A DNA stretch of 64,000 bases. Source: an uncultured Rhodospirillales bacterium (GTDB taxonomy: Bacteria; Pseudomonadota; Alphaproteobacteria; RF32; CAG-239). Below the pieces are notes generated by a model that saw only the letters and a program-made list of their open reading frames with translations, had not been told where the DNA came from and did not search any database. Location: positions 8,307-72,306 of the forward strand of contig CACWLK010000008.1 of NCBI GenBank assembly GCA_902761715.1. Reading direction: 5' to 3'. Below, in pieces: positions 46,287 to 54,129 of the stretch (position 1 is its first letter; every line of letters starts with the position of its first letter). A program made the translations under genes and the position numbers.

Positions 46287-47236
46287 GAACGCCCTCGCAT
46301 TGGAAAAATAAAAATTTGTGCGCATTGGCTTTGTTGCCTTTGGGGTGTGTTTATGCCGGTATAACCGCGTTGAGACTTAAACTCAAAAAGCCGAAAAAAG
46401 TCAATGTGCCGGTGATTTGTATCGGCAATTTGACAGCCGGCGGAACCGGAAAAACTCCGACTGCGGTTTCGATTGCAAAAATCATAAAATCTTTGGGAAA
46501 AGAGCCGTTTTTTGTATCACGCGGATATGGCGGAACATTGTCCGGCGTAATTGTTGACGAACGAAAACATACTCCGCAACAAGTCGGGGACGAGCCTTTG
46601 CTGTTGGCAAGGGAGGCAAAAGTTTCTATAAACGCCAACCGTGCCGAAGCGGCAAAAAAGGCAATCAGCAACGGGGCGGAAGTTATTGTTATGGATGACG
46701 GTTTTCAAAACCCGACGTTGCACAAAGATTTATCATTTTTGGTGTTTGACGGTGGCGTGGGTATCGGCAACGGATTGCCGGTGCCGGCAGGTCCGCTACG
46801 TGAGTTTTTCAAAAGCGGAATGAAACGTGCCGATGCGGCGATTATTATCGGCGAGGACAAATGCGGATTGCGTGAAAAATTGGGCAAAATGCCGGTGTTT
46901 GAGGGGCAAATTTGCTCCCTGCCCTTGCCGGATTTGAGGGCAAAAGTTATTGCATTTGCCGGCATCGGACGACCGGAGAAGTTTTATAATTCGTTGAGAG
47001 AAAGCGGTGCTAATGTGGTGCAGACTTTTGATTTTCCGGATCATCACTATTATACGCACAAAGAGTTAGAAGATTTGATTGCGTTGGCAAAAAAACTTGG
47101 TGCCGACTTGGTTACCACCGCCAAAGATTTTGTAAAAATCCCTAACGAGCTGAAACCGAATTTTAAGGTGCTGGAAATCGAAATAAGATGGAAAGACGAA
47201 GGTGCTTTAAGGGAGTTTTTAGAAGAGAAAATTTAG
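46283..47236 (+). CDS. lpxK: tetraacyldisaccharide 4'-kinase
   Basis: VICIGNLTAGGTGKTP P-loop and ...SRGYGG...GDEP... Confidence 0.9.
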   Translation: MRTPSHWKNKNLCALALLPLGCVYAGITALRLKLKKPKKVNVPVICIGNLTAGGTGKTPTAVSIAKIIKSLGKEPFFVSRGYGGTLSGVIVDERKHTPQQVGDEPLLLAREAKVSINANRAEAAKKAISNGAEVIVMDDGFQNPTLHKDLSFLVFDGGVGIGNGLPVPAGPLREFFKSGMKRADAAIIIGEDKCGLREKLGKMPVFEGQICSLPLPDLRAKVIAFAGIGRPEKFYNSLRESGANVVQTFDFPDHHYYTHKELEDLIALAKKLGADLVTTAKDFVKIPNELKPNFKVLEIEIRWKDEGALREFLEEKI

Positions 47237-47240
47237 AGGA

Positions 47241-48968
47241 TTAAAAGAGTTCAAGTTGCTTTTTCTCTTTTTGATATTTTTTATTTTCTTCTTCGTCTGC
47301 ATATCGCCAAATGTAACCACCGGCAGTGTGTCTAATCCCTTTTAGTACCATTCCAATATTACCACTGCTAATTTTCATTTTACGTGATGCATCAGATATT
47401 GATATAAATGTCTGTATAATCTTATTAGTTTTAGGATTAATCATATTTACAGCTTTCCGTTTTGCTTGTGTAGATTTTTCTATTCCGCATATTTTACAAC
47501 CATATCCATATATTCTATGGCTAATTGAGGTTTCATATTCATAACCACATTTAGGACATAGCCACCAAACTTTATGATCAGACCCTGGCTTGAACATATT
47601 GGGAGTTAATTTCCCATTTTTACTAGGATGCCATTCTTTCGCAATTTCAGGGTAAAGTTCACCTAAAGATCCTTTTTTATATTCTTGACTATATTCATTT
47701 AATATTTTTAACCTGTCCCTTCTAATATTAACATCGTAATCATATGATGTAAAAACATGATTTCTGGAAGCTGAAAAATCTAACATATGTAAAATGCGAG
47801 GAATGAATGTATCTAAATTTTCTTCTGTATATAAATCAGAAATACAAATACATTTATCAGCAATATTTGTGTATTTTTCGTCTTTTTCCTTCAAGCGGAT
47901 TAATTGTATATCATTAGCCTTACATAATTTGTATTTTTTCTGTTCTCTTTCCCTCTTATTTTCTTTATGCCAAGCCATTCCATCATATTCTATTGCAATT
48001 CTTGTGGAAGGTATAAATATATCTAATTCCATTTTGCCTAGAAATGGAGCTCTATATCTATTTATAGCATCTGGGTATATCTTTTTGATATAAAAATAAA
48101 ATGCCTGTTCTGCAAACGATGTTTGCCTTCCCGAATAACATATGGGACAATTTGTCCCGCTATTTGTCCTTTTGTTCACGGTGGATTGGTATTCATGACC
48201 ATGTGGACAAAGCCACCAAACTTTTTTACCATAACCATAACTGACTTTTTCCGGTGTCAAATTACCATTTTTTGTCGGATGCCATTCTTTTGCTAGTTCC
48301 GGGTGTGTTGTCATTAAATCATTTTTTCCAATAACCACCACTTTATTCGAACAGCATGGGCATCCTCTCTTCAGTTTTGCTCTATTACTTATTCTTGCTT
48401 CCCAATTATAACCACACTTTTCACATATCCACCATACTTTCTTGGGATTACTAGCAAGCACCTTATATGGATCGACTTTCGTATTTTTTTCATAATCCCA
48501 TTCCTTTAGCAATTCAGGATTTGTAATAGTCAGGTTTTTCTTATCTAGCACATTTTGTTTTTTACAGTCGATACATCCTATATAATCTCCAATACTTCTT
48601 TCTATTTCTTTTCCACAAATATGACACTTCCACCATGCTTTGTAACGAGAATTTCTTGTGAACATATCTGGGGTTAGTTTTCCGTTCCTTGTAGGATGCC
48701 AGTCTTGTATTATACCAGCGGGAATCTGGAAAGAAGATCTTTTTGCTTTGGACCAACGGCCGTAATGGCATTTTGGACAACTCCTACCATCATGTGCACG
48801 GTGACTGATTGAAGATTGCCACTTGTGACCGCAAAGATAACATTTCCACCATACCTTTTTTTGACTGCCGAGAGTCAATTCTTCTGGAGAAATTTTATTC
48901 GCTTCCCAATCCCATTCTTGCATGAGATGTTCGTCATCTATTATGTATTTCTTTGGTGCTTGTGGCAT
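47241..48968 (-). CDS. selfish-element-like protein with five zinc-ribbon repeats, a PD-(D/E)xK-like nuclease core and a C-terminal homing-endonuclease-type HTH
   Basis: Five repeats of L..EW(D/H)..KN..P......KKVWW.C..CG..W...I..R.....CP.C. Central ...ELDIFIPSTRIAIEYDGMAWH... nuclease-like core. The C-terminal ...IQTFISISDASRKMKISSGNIGMVLKG..HTAGGYIWRY is NUMOD/IENR-like. Markedly AT-rich. Start taken as ATG 48968 (MPQAPKK). Confidence 0.7.
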   Translation of the reverse strand: MPQAPKKYIIDDEHLMQEWDWEANKISPEELTLGSQKKVWWKCYLCGHKWQSSISHRAHDGRSCPKCHYGRWSKAKRSSFQIPAGIIQDWHPTRNGKLTPDMFTRNSRYKAWWKCHICGKEIERSIGDYIGCIDCKKQNVLDKKNLTITNPELLKEWDYEKNTKVDPYKVLASNPKKVWWICEKCGYNWEARISNRAKLKRGCPCCSNKVVVIGKNDLMTTHPELAKEWHPTKNGNLTPEKVSYGYGKKVWWLCPHGHEYQSTVNKRTNSGTNCPICYSGRQTSFAEQAFYFYIKKIYPDAINRYRAPFLGKMELDIFIPSTRIAIEYDGMAWHKENKREREQKKYKLCKANDIQLIRLKEKDEKYTNIADKCICISDLYTEENLDTFIPRILHMLDFSASRNHVFTSYDYDVNIRRDRLKILNEYSQEYKKGSLGELYPEIAKEWHPSKNGKLTPNMFKPGSDHKVWWLCPKCGYEYETSISHRIYGYGCKICGIEKSTQAKRKAVNMINPKTNKIIQTFISISDASRKMKISSGNIGMVLKGIRHTAGGYIWRYADEEENKKYQKEKKQLELF

Positions 48969-49153
48969 ATTGTTCCCTCTGGCTGTATATTCGCATTTAC
49001 GCTTTATTTTTGCAACCAAAAAACATCATGCCTTTTTAATAATAAACGTCATCGCTCCAAAAGCGTAAGTCTTTTGGTCAAGCGATCTTCTATATTGTTT
49101 TAAAACAAGGAAGATCCCTGGACGATTTTGCAAGCAAAATCGAGGGATGACTT

Positions 49154-49213
49154 TAAACAACAAAAAACTCCGGCCGGGTGTTCGGAGTTTTTTGGTTGAT
49201 AATATTGAGTGGT
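49154..49213. repeat. copy A of the gyrA 3'-flank/terminator repeat
   Basis: TAAACAACAAAAAACTCCGGCCGGGTGTTCGGAGTTTTTTGGTTGATAATATTGAGTGG. Near-identical to 49788-49847, which is the authentic gyrA terminator and the spacer up to the gyrA stop codon. Confidence 0.85.
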
Positions 49214-49483
49214 AGTAATAAAGTTCCTGAAGAGTCATACACAAGCAAGGCGTATATTGTAAAAAATAAAGATGGTTCTGTAAGACAATACAGAGAATTT
49301 GATGAAAGACATAAACCCAAGATAGATGTTGATTATCAAATAAAACCATCTTACGATAAAAAGAACAAAACATTACATATACATGATTATAAAAATGGTG
49401 AAAGACAGCCTCCGAGGAGATTAACGGTTGAAGAATATGTTAAATATGGCAAGTATTTCAATGTGAATTTATTGAGGAGGTAA
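49178..49483 (+). CDS. hypothetical protein, possibly a 5'-truncated remnant (toxin C-terminal-domain-like)
   Basis: The ORF opens inside the repeated hairpin (GTG), has no internal Met and no convincing SD. Basic/His-containing C-terminus (...KTLHIHDYKNGERQPPRRL...). Tightly followed by a well-signalled small gene. Confidence 0.35.
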   Translation: MFGVFWLIILSGSNKVPEESYTSKAYIVKNKDGSVRQYREFDERHKPKIDVDYQIKPSYDKKNKTLHIHDYKNGERQPPRRLTVEEYVKYGKYFNVNLLRR

Positions 49484-49487
49484 AAAT

Positions 49488-49790
49488 ATGATAGGAACAA
49501 CGTTTCAGGAATTTTATGATAAATTATACTACGGCACGGATATTGAGATGAGCTATGGCGGTTCAGATTACATTTTGAGTTCCGCAGGACTTGTTGTAAA
49601 TGATAAACTCATAAAGCATGAAATACGACTATATAAAATAAATACTTCTGATAAGCTTCTCAAAAGTATGTATGAGCAGAGTTGCCCAAAAACAGAAGAT
49701 AGCATAAATAACTTTCTTAATGCTAAAATTTTTGATGGAAAGTCGTTTCTAGAAATAGAAAATAATGTGCAAATTGATACAATATTATAA
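49488..49790 (+). CDS. hypothetical small acidic protein (immunity-like position)
   Basis: ATG 49488 preceded by GAGGAGG at ideal spacing. 100 aa. Its stop lies in the first bases of repeat copy B. Confidence 0.6.
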   Translation: MIGTTFQEFYDKLYYGTDIEMSYGGSDYILSSAGLVVNDKLIKHEIRLYKINTSDKLLKSMYEQSCPKTEDSINNFLNAKIFDGKSFLEIENNVQIDTIL

Positions 49791-49847
49791 ACACAAAAAA
49801 CTCCGGCCGGGTGGTCGGAGTTTTTTTCTTTGATAATATTGAGCGGA
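49788..49847. repeat. copy B: gyrA intrinsic terminator and 3' spacer
   Basis: TAAACACAAAAAACTCCGGCCGGGTGGTCGGAGTTTTTTTCTTTGATAATATTGAGCGG, directly abutting the gyrA stop (49848-49850). Confidence 0.85.
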
Positions 49848-52592
49848 TTACTCGTCTTCTTCTTGAGTTTCCGGCTCGGTAATATCCTCAATGTTGAGGT
49901 CGCTGTCATCGGCAACGCTTTCGCCCAAGACTTCAGAACCGGTTTCGTTTTCCAGCTCTTCCTCGTCTTCGGAGTCAGCATCAAGCCAAGTTACAGATAC
50001 GACCTTTTCTTTGTCTCCCGTACGGAACAAGATTACACCTTGTGTCTTACGTCCGGCAATACGAATGTCTTCTACAGGCATGCGGATAAGTTTGCCGCCG
50101 TCGGTTACCATCATAATTTGGTTGTCGTTCTCAATCGGGAATGAGCTTACAACCTCTTTGTTACGAGGAGACATTTCCATGTTGGCAATACCCGAACCGC
50201 CACGACCGGTAACACGATATTCATAAGAAGAAGAACGTTTACCATAGCCGGTGCAGGTTACGGTCAAAATAAACTGCTCGTTGGCTTGCATTTCGGCAAA
50301 TTTTTCAGCGGTCAACAAGTTGAGCAGACCTGTGTCTTCTGCCTTTATGCCGGCTACGCCGTCATGTTCGGCTTCCATACGTTTGATGGCTGAAACAATC
50401 TTGGCGTATTCATCACGCTCTTCTGATGTAGCGTCGCTGTGCTTCAATACCGACATTGAAATAACTTCATCTTTGTCAGCAAGTTTGATACCACGTACAC
50501 CGACCGAATTACGTCCGACAAATACACGAACCTCAGTTACCGGGAAGCGGATGCATTTACCGCTCTTGGTAGCCAACATTACGTCGTCTTTTTCGGTACA
50601 GATACGAACGTTAATCAGCTTGTCGTCATCATCAAGTTTCATTGCAATTTTGCCGTTGGACTGAATGTTTACAAAGTCCATAAGGCTGTTGCGACGAACC
50701 ATACCGCTCTTGGTTGCAAACATAATCGACAAGTTTTTGCAATCAGCCTCTTTTTCCGGCAACGGCATAATGGTGGTAATGTTTTCGCCCTCGTCAAGCG
50801 GCAACAGGTTTACAAACGGTTTGCCCTTTGAGGTCGGAGAACCTAACGGCAATTTATAAACTTTGAGCTTGTAAACCAGACCTTTGGACGAGAAGAACAA
50901 AACCGGCGTATGGGTAGAGGTTACAAACAAGCGAGATACAAAATCTTCTTCTTTGGTAGTCATACCCGATTTGCCTTTGCCACCGCGTTTTTGCGCCTTG
51001 TAAGCATTGAGCGGAACACGTTTGATATAGCCGGCCTCGGTTACGGTAACAACCATATCTTCACGCTGAATAAGAGATTCAACATCTTGTTCAAACTCAA
51101 ATTCTTCAATCTTGGTCAAGCGTGGAGTTGCGTACTCATCTTTAATGGCAATTAATTCATCACGCATAATGCCATAGAGCTTTTCACGGCTGCCCAAAAT
51201 AGACAGGCATTCTTTGATTTCATCGCCCAAGTTATATAATTCTTGGTGGATTTTATCACGCTCCAAACCGGTCAAACGTTGCAATCTCAAGTCCAAAATG
51301 GCTTTGGCTTGAGCTTCGGACAAATGATAATGTCCGTTCTCAACCTTGCGGTCAGGCTCGTCAATCAAAATTACCAAAGGTTCAACATCGCCGGCCGGCC
51401 ATGCTCTCGCCAGCAAGGCATCTTTGGCTTCTTGCGGTGACGGAGCTGTACGAATAAGCTCGATTACGGGGTCAATATTTTCAACCGCAATTGCCAAACC
51501 GACCAATGTATGAGCGCGATCACGGGCTTTGTTCAGCTCGTAAATGGTGCGGCGACGAATGACTTCTTCACGGAACTCTATAAATGCAGCAATAATGTCT
51601 TTTAAGTTCAACATCATCGGGCGACCGCCGTTGATGGCAAGCATATTCATACCAAAACTGGTCTGCAACGGAGTGAGTTTGTAAAGCTGATTTAAGATAA
51701 CATCGGCTTGGACATCTTTTTTGACTTCAATAACCACGCGAACACCTTGACGGTCGGACTCATCGCGGATGTCAGAAATGCCCTCAACTTTCTTTTCTTT
51801 AACCAGTTCGGCAATACGCTGAACCATAGCGGCCTTATTGACCTGATAGGGGATTTCGTGGACAATGATTGCCTCTCTGTCCTTGCGGATCTCCTCAATA
51901 GTGCATTTAGCACGCATAACAACAGAACCACGTCCGGTATAATATGCAGACTTGGCACCACTCTGCCCCAAAATTAAACCACCAGTCGGGAAATCAGGTC
52001 CGGGGACATAATGAATGAGTTCATCAATGGTAATATCCGGATTGTCAATATATGCACAGCAGGCCGAAATAACCTCGCCCAAGTTGTGAGGAGGAATGTT
52101 GGTGGCCATACCGACGGCAATACCGTTGGTGCCGTTGACGAGCAAGTTCGGATAGCGAGCCGGCAAAACAATAGGCTCTTGCAAGCTTTCATCATAGTTG
52201 GGCATGAAGTCAACGGTGTCTTTGTCAATGTCTTCAATCAAAGCATGGGCAACTTTGGCGAGCCTTGCCTCGGTGTAACGCATAGCGGCGGCACCGTCTC
52301 CGTCCATTGAACCAAAGTTTCCTTGTCCGTCAACCATCGGAACACGCATGGCAAAAGGTTGAGCCATACGAACCATTGCATCATAAACCGAGCTGTCGCC
52401 GTGCGGGTGATATTTACCCAAAACATCACCGACGATACGGGCTGATTTACGGAACGGACGGTTGTAATCATAGCCATTCTCAAACATTGAATAGATGATG
52501 CGGCGGTGAACCGGCTTTAAGCCGTCACGGACATCAGGCAATGCACGAGAGACAATAACACTCATTGCATAGTCGAGGTAAGAACGGCGCAT
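49848..52592 (-). CDS. gyrA: DNA gyrase subunit A
   Basis: [49 protein letters not shown] (QRDR), [10 protein letters not shown] (active-site Tyr), C-terminal beta-pinwheel repeats and an acidic tail. The ORF starts only 3 codons before SYLDY. Confidence 0.95.
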   Translation of the reverse strand: MRRSYLDYAMSVIVSRALPDVRDGLKPVHRRIIYSMFENGYDYNRPFRKSARIVGDVLGKYHPHGDSSVYDAMVRMAQPFAMRVPMVDGQGNFGSMDGDGAAAMRYTEARLAKVAHALIEDIDKDTVDFMPNYDESLQEPIVLPARYPNLLVNGTNGIAVGMATNIPPHNLGEVISACCAYIDNPDITIDELIHYVPGPDFPTGGLILGQSGAKSAYYTGRGSVVMRAKCTIEEIRKDREAIIVHEIPYQVNKAAMVQRIAELVKEKKVEGISDIRDESDRQGVRVVIEVKKDVQADVILNQLYKLTPLQTSFGMNMLAINGGRPMMLNLKDIIAAFIEFREEVIRRRTIYELNKARDRAHTLVGLAIAVENIDPVIELIRTAPSPQEAKDALLARAWPAGDVEPLVILIDEPDRKVENGHYHLSEAQAKAILDLRLQRLTGLERDKIHQELYNLGDEIKECLSILGSREKLYGIMRDELIAIKDEYATPRLTKIEEFEFEQDVESLIQREDMVVTVTEAGYIKRVPLNAYKAQKRGGKGKSGMTTKEEDFVSRLFVTSTHTPVLFFSSKGLVYKLKVYKLPLGSPTSKGKPFVNLLPLDEGENITTIMPLPEKEADCKNLSIMFATKSGMVRRNSLMDFVNIQSNGKIAMKLDDDDKLINVRICTEKDDVMLATKSGKCIRFPVTEVRVFVGRNSVGVRGIKLADKDEVISMSVLKHSDATSEERDEYAKIVSAIKRMEAEHDGVAGIKAEDTGLLNLLTAEKFAEMQANEQFILTVTCTGYGKRSSSYEYRVTGRGGSGIANMEMSPRNKEVVSSFPIENDNQIMMVTDGGKLIRMPVEDIRIAGRKTQGVILFRTGDKEKVVSVTWLDADSEDEEELENETGSEVLGESVADDSDLNIEDITEPETQEEDE

Positions 52593-52660
52593 TACTTATG
52601 CCCATATAAAATGGGCAAATTCCTCTCTACGGGCAAAAAAACGCCCTTTAAAACGATTTT
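52392..52660. repeat. gyrA 5' end plus 5'UTR/promoter-proximal region, copy 1 of a long direct repeat
   Basis: The 201 coding nt (52392-52592) match 53742-53942 with 2 mismatches. An upstream 44-nt block, ATGCCCATATAAAATGGGCAAATTCCTCTCTACGGGCAAAAAAA, is identical at 52598-52641 and 53963-54006. Looser similarity continues further. Confidence 0.9.
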
Positions 52661-52794
52661 GGTTAAAATTAAAATGAAAAAGTTAACGATATTTCACTGT
52701 AGCGCCATAAAAAACGATTAGACAATTTTGTCAAAAAGTAAAAAAACAAATTATTATTTCAAATAACTCATTGAAATATAATAATTTATTTATA

Positions 52795-52823
52795 TTGAGC
52801 AAAGGTTAAAAATATGGTACAAT
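52795..52823 (+). promoter_or_regulatory. strong sigma70-type promoter with extended -10, firing toward the 125-aa ORF
   Basis: TTGAGC, 17 nt, (TGG)TACAAT, inside a very AT-rich stretch. Confidence 0.45.
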
Positions 52824-53075
52824 ATAATTACAAAATAATTATTAGCATTTATTAATTTAACACAGGTAGGTAAGGAAGAACACGAGTTCATTTATATTGT
52901 TGAAAGACTGCATGACACGCGGCGCCCATATTATTGCTTTTGCATAATATAATCGTACAAGGTATGGTTTAGGGATCAGAATATAAGGCAATATATTGGA
53001 TTTTAAGTATTCCCCAGGGATTTGTGTTATTATTTAAAGGAGGCGATTCTGAGGCACGGAAGTGCGTAAAGGGTC

Positions 53076-53453
53076 GTGGTTAGTATGGGAAACATGATTA
53101 ACTTTGTCGTCAGCAATCCTTGGATGTGGGTCCTTGTCGCTCTGGCTCTCATTCCTCTCGGGTGGGGGTTAGTCGTATTCGCAGTTCAGCTCTACAGCTC
53201 AGCGCGTGGAGAGAAATGTGTCGAAAAATTTAAGGAGTTCTGGCAGTATTGCGTCCGACTGGATCGCGACAGCTATCATCATGGATGGAGCAAATTGTTC
53301 TACAACAAGTTTGTGCGGCTACTGATGATTGTGTCTCTGTATTTTGTATGGGGATACGTTCTCGTGCTGCTCGGGCTTGCTCTTGGATGGCTCTTCAAGA
53401 TTATCTTCGGTAATCTATGGAAAGGCATTAAAGCACTCTACAACATGATCTAA
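53076..53453 (+). CDS. small membrane protein (two to three TM helices)
   Basis: 125-aa ORF (GTG 53076, or ATG 53085/53094). Hydrophobic helices WMWVLVALALIPLGWGLVVFAV and LLMIVSLYFVWGYVLVLLGLALGWLF. By eye more GC-rich than its surroundings. Confidence 0.5.
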   Translation: MVSMGNMINFVVSNPWMWVLVALALIPLGWGLVVFAVQLYSSARGEKCVEKFKEFWQYCVRLDRDSYHHGWSKLFYNKFVRLLMIVSLYFVWGYVLVLLGLALGWLFKIIFGNLWKGIKALYNMI

Positions 53454-53471
53454 CTTCTCCATTCTCATAGC

Positions 53472-53500
53472 AAAAAAGCCTCCATTACGGGGGCTTTTTT
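53472..53500. terminator. bidirectional intrinsic terminator between the 125-aa ORF and the porin fragment
   Basis: AAAAAAGCCTCCATTACGGGGGCTTTTTT. Confidence 0.65.
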
Positions 53501-53561
53501 GTTTAAGTTGTTGTGCAATGAAAAAATAAATACCGCTTCACCTGCAAGGCAGGAAAACAGC

Positions 53562-53942
53562 CTACCAGGCATAATTGAAACTGGCGCCAAGGGCATACGC
53601 ATCATAAGAGCTGCCGAAGGTGTAGTTAGCCCAGGCATAAGCTGACAGAGCGTCGGTAAAGCCGTAACGTCCGCCAATCTCGATACATCCCAAGATTTGG
53701 TCAGAGTATGTGCCAGTCTTGTTCATACCGCTTATGGTTACGCTGTCGCCGTGCGGGTGATATTTACCCAAAACATCACCGACGATACGGGCTGATTTAC
53801 GGAACGGACGGTTGTAATCATAGCCATTCTCAAACATTAAATATATGATGCGGCGGTGAACCGGCTTTAAGCCGTCACGGACATCAGGCAATGCACGAGA
53901 GACAATAACACTCATTGCATAGTCGAGGTAAGAACGGCGCAT
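53562..53942 (-). pseudogene. chimeric ORF: gyrA codons 1-67 fused in frame to the last ~59 codons of a foreign beta-barrel porin gene
   Basis: MRRSYLDY...GKYHPHGDS is identical to gyrA except for S to L, then ...[36 protein letters not shown] (OMP-type C-terminus ending in an aromatic residue). It is preceded by a copy of the gyrA 5'UTR. Confidence 0.8.
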
Positions 53943-54025
53943 TACTATTTTTTATGCAACTCATGCCCATATAAAATGGGCAAATTCCTCTCTACGGGCA
54001 AAAAAATGCCCTTAAAATCGATTTT
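53742..54025. repeat. gyrA 5' end plus upstream region, copy 2
   Basis: See copy 1. Offset is exactly 1350 bp in the coding part. Copy 2 has 15 extra nt between the ATG and the conserved block. Confidence 0.9.
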
Positions 54026-54080
54026 TTAAAAAAATTCCAAACTTAAAAATTAACTAATTTTGTCTGTAGGGTCAAAAAAA

Positions 54081-54112
54081 GAGGGCACATTTTGATGTGT
54101 CCTCTTTTTTTT
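54081..54112 (-). terminator. intrinsic terminator after the 353-aa gene
   Basis: AAAAAAAGAGGGCACATTTTGATGTGTCCTCTTTTTTTT. Confidence 0.65.
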
Positions 54113-54129
54113 GCTAAAATGATTTGCCT

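Noticed and set aside
49058-49069. The 12-nt string AAAAGCGTAAGT is shared between 49058 and 40267, both near cassette borders.
   Set aside because: It is too short and AT-rich to distinguish from chance, and the flanking sequence is unrelated.
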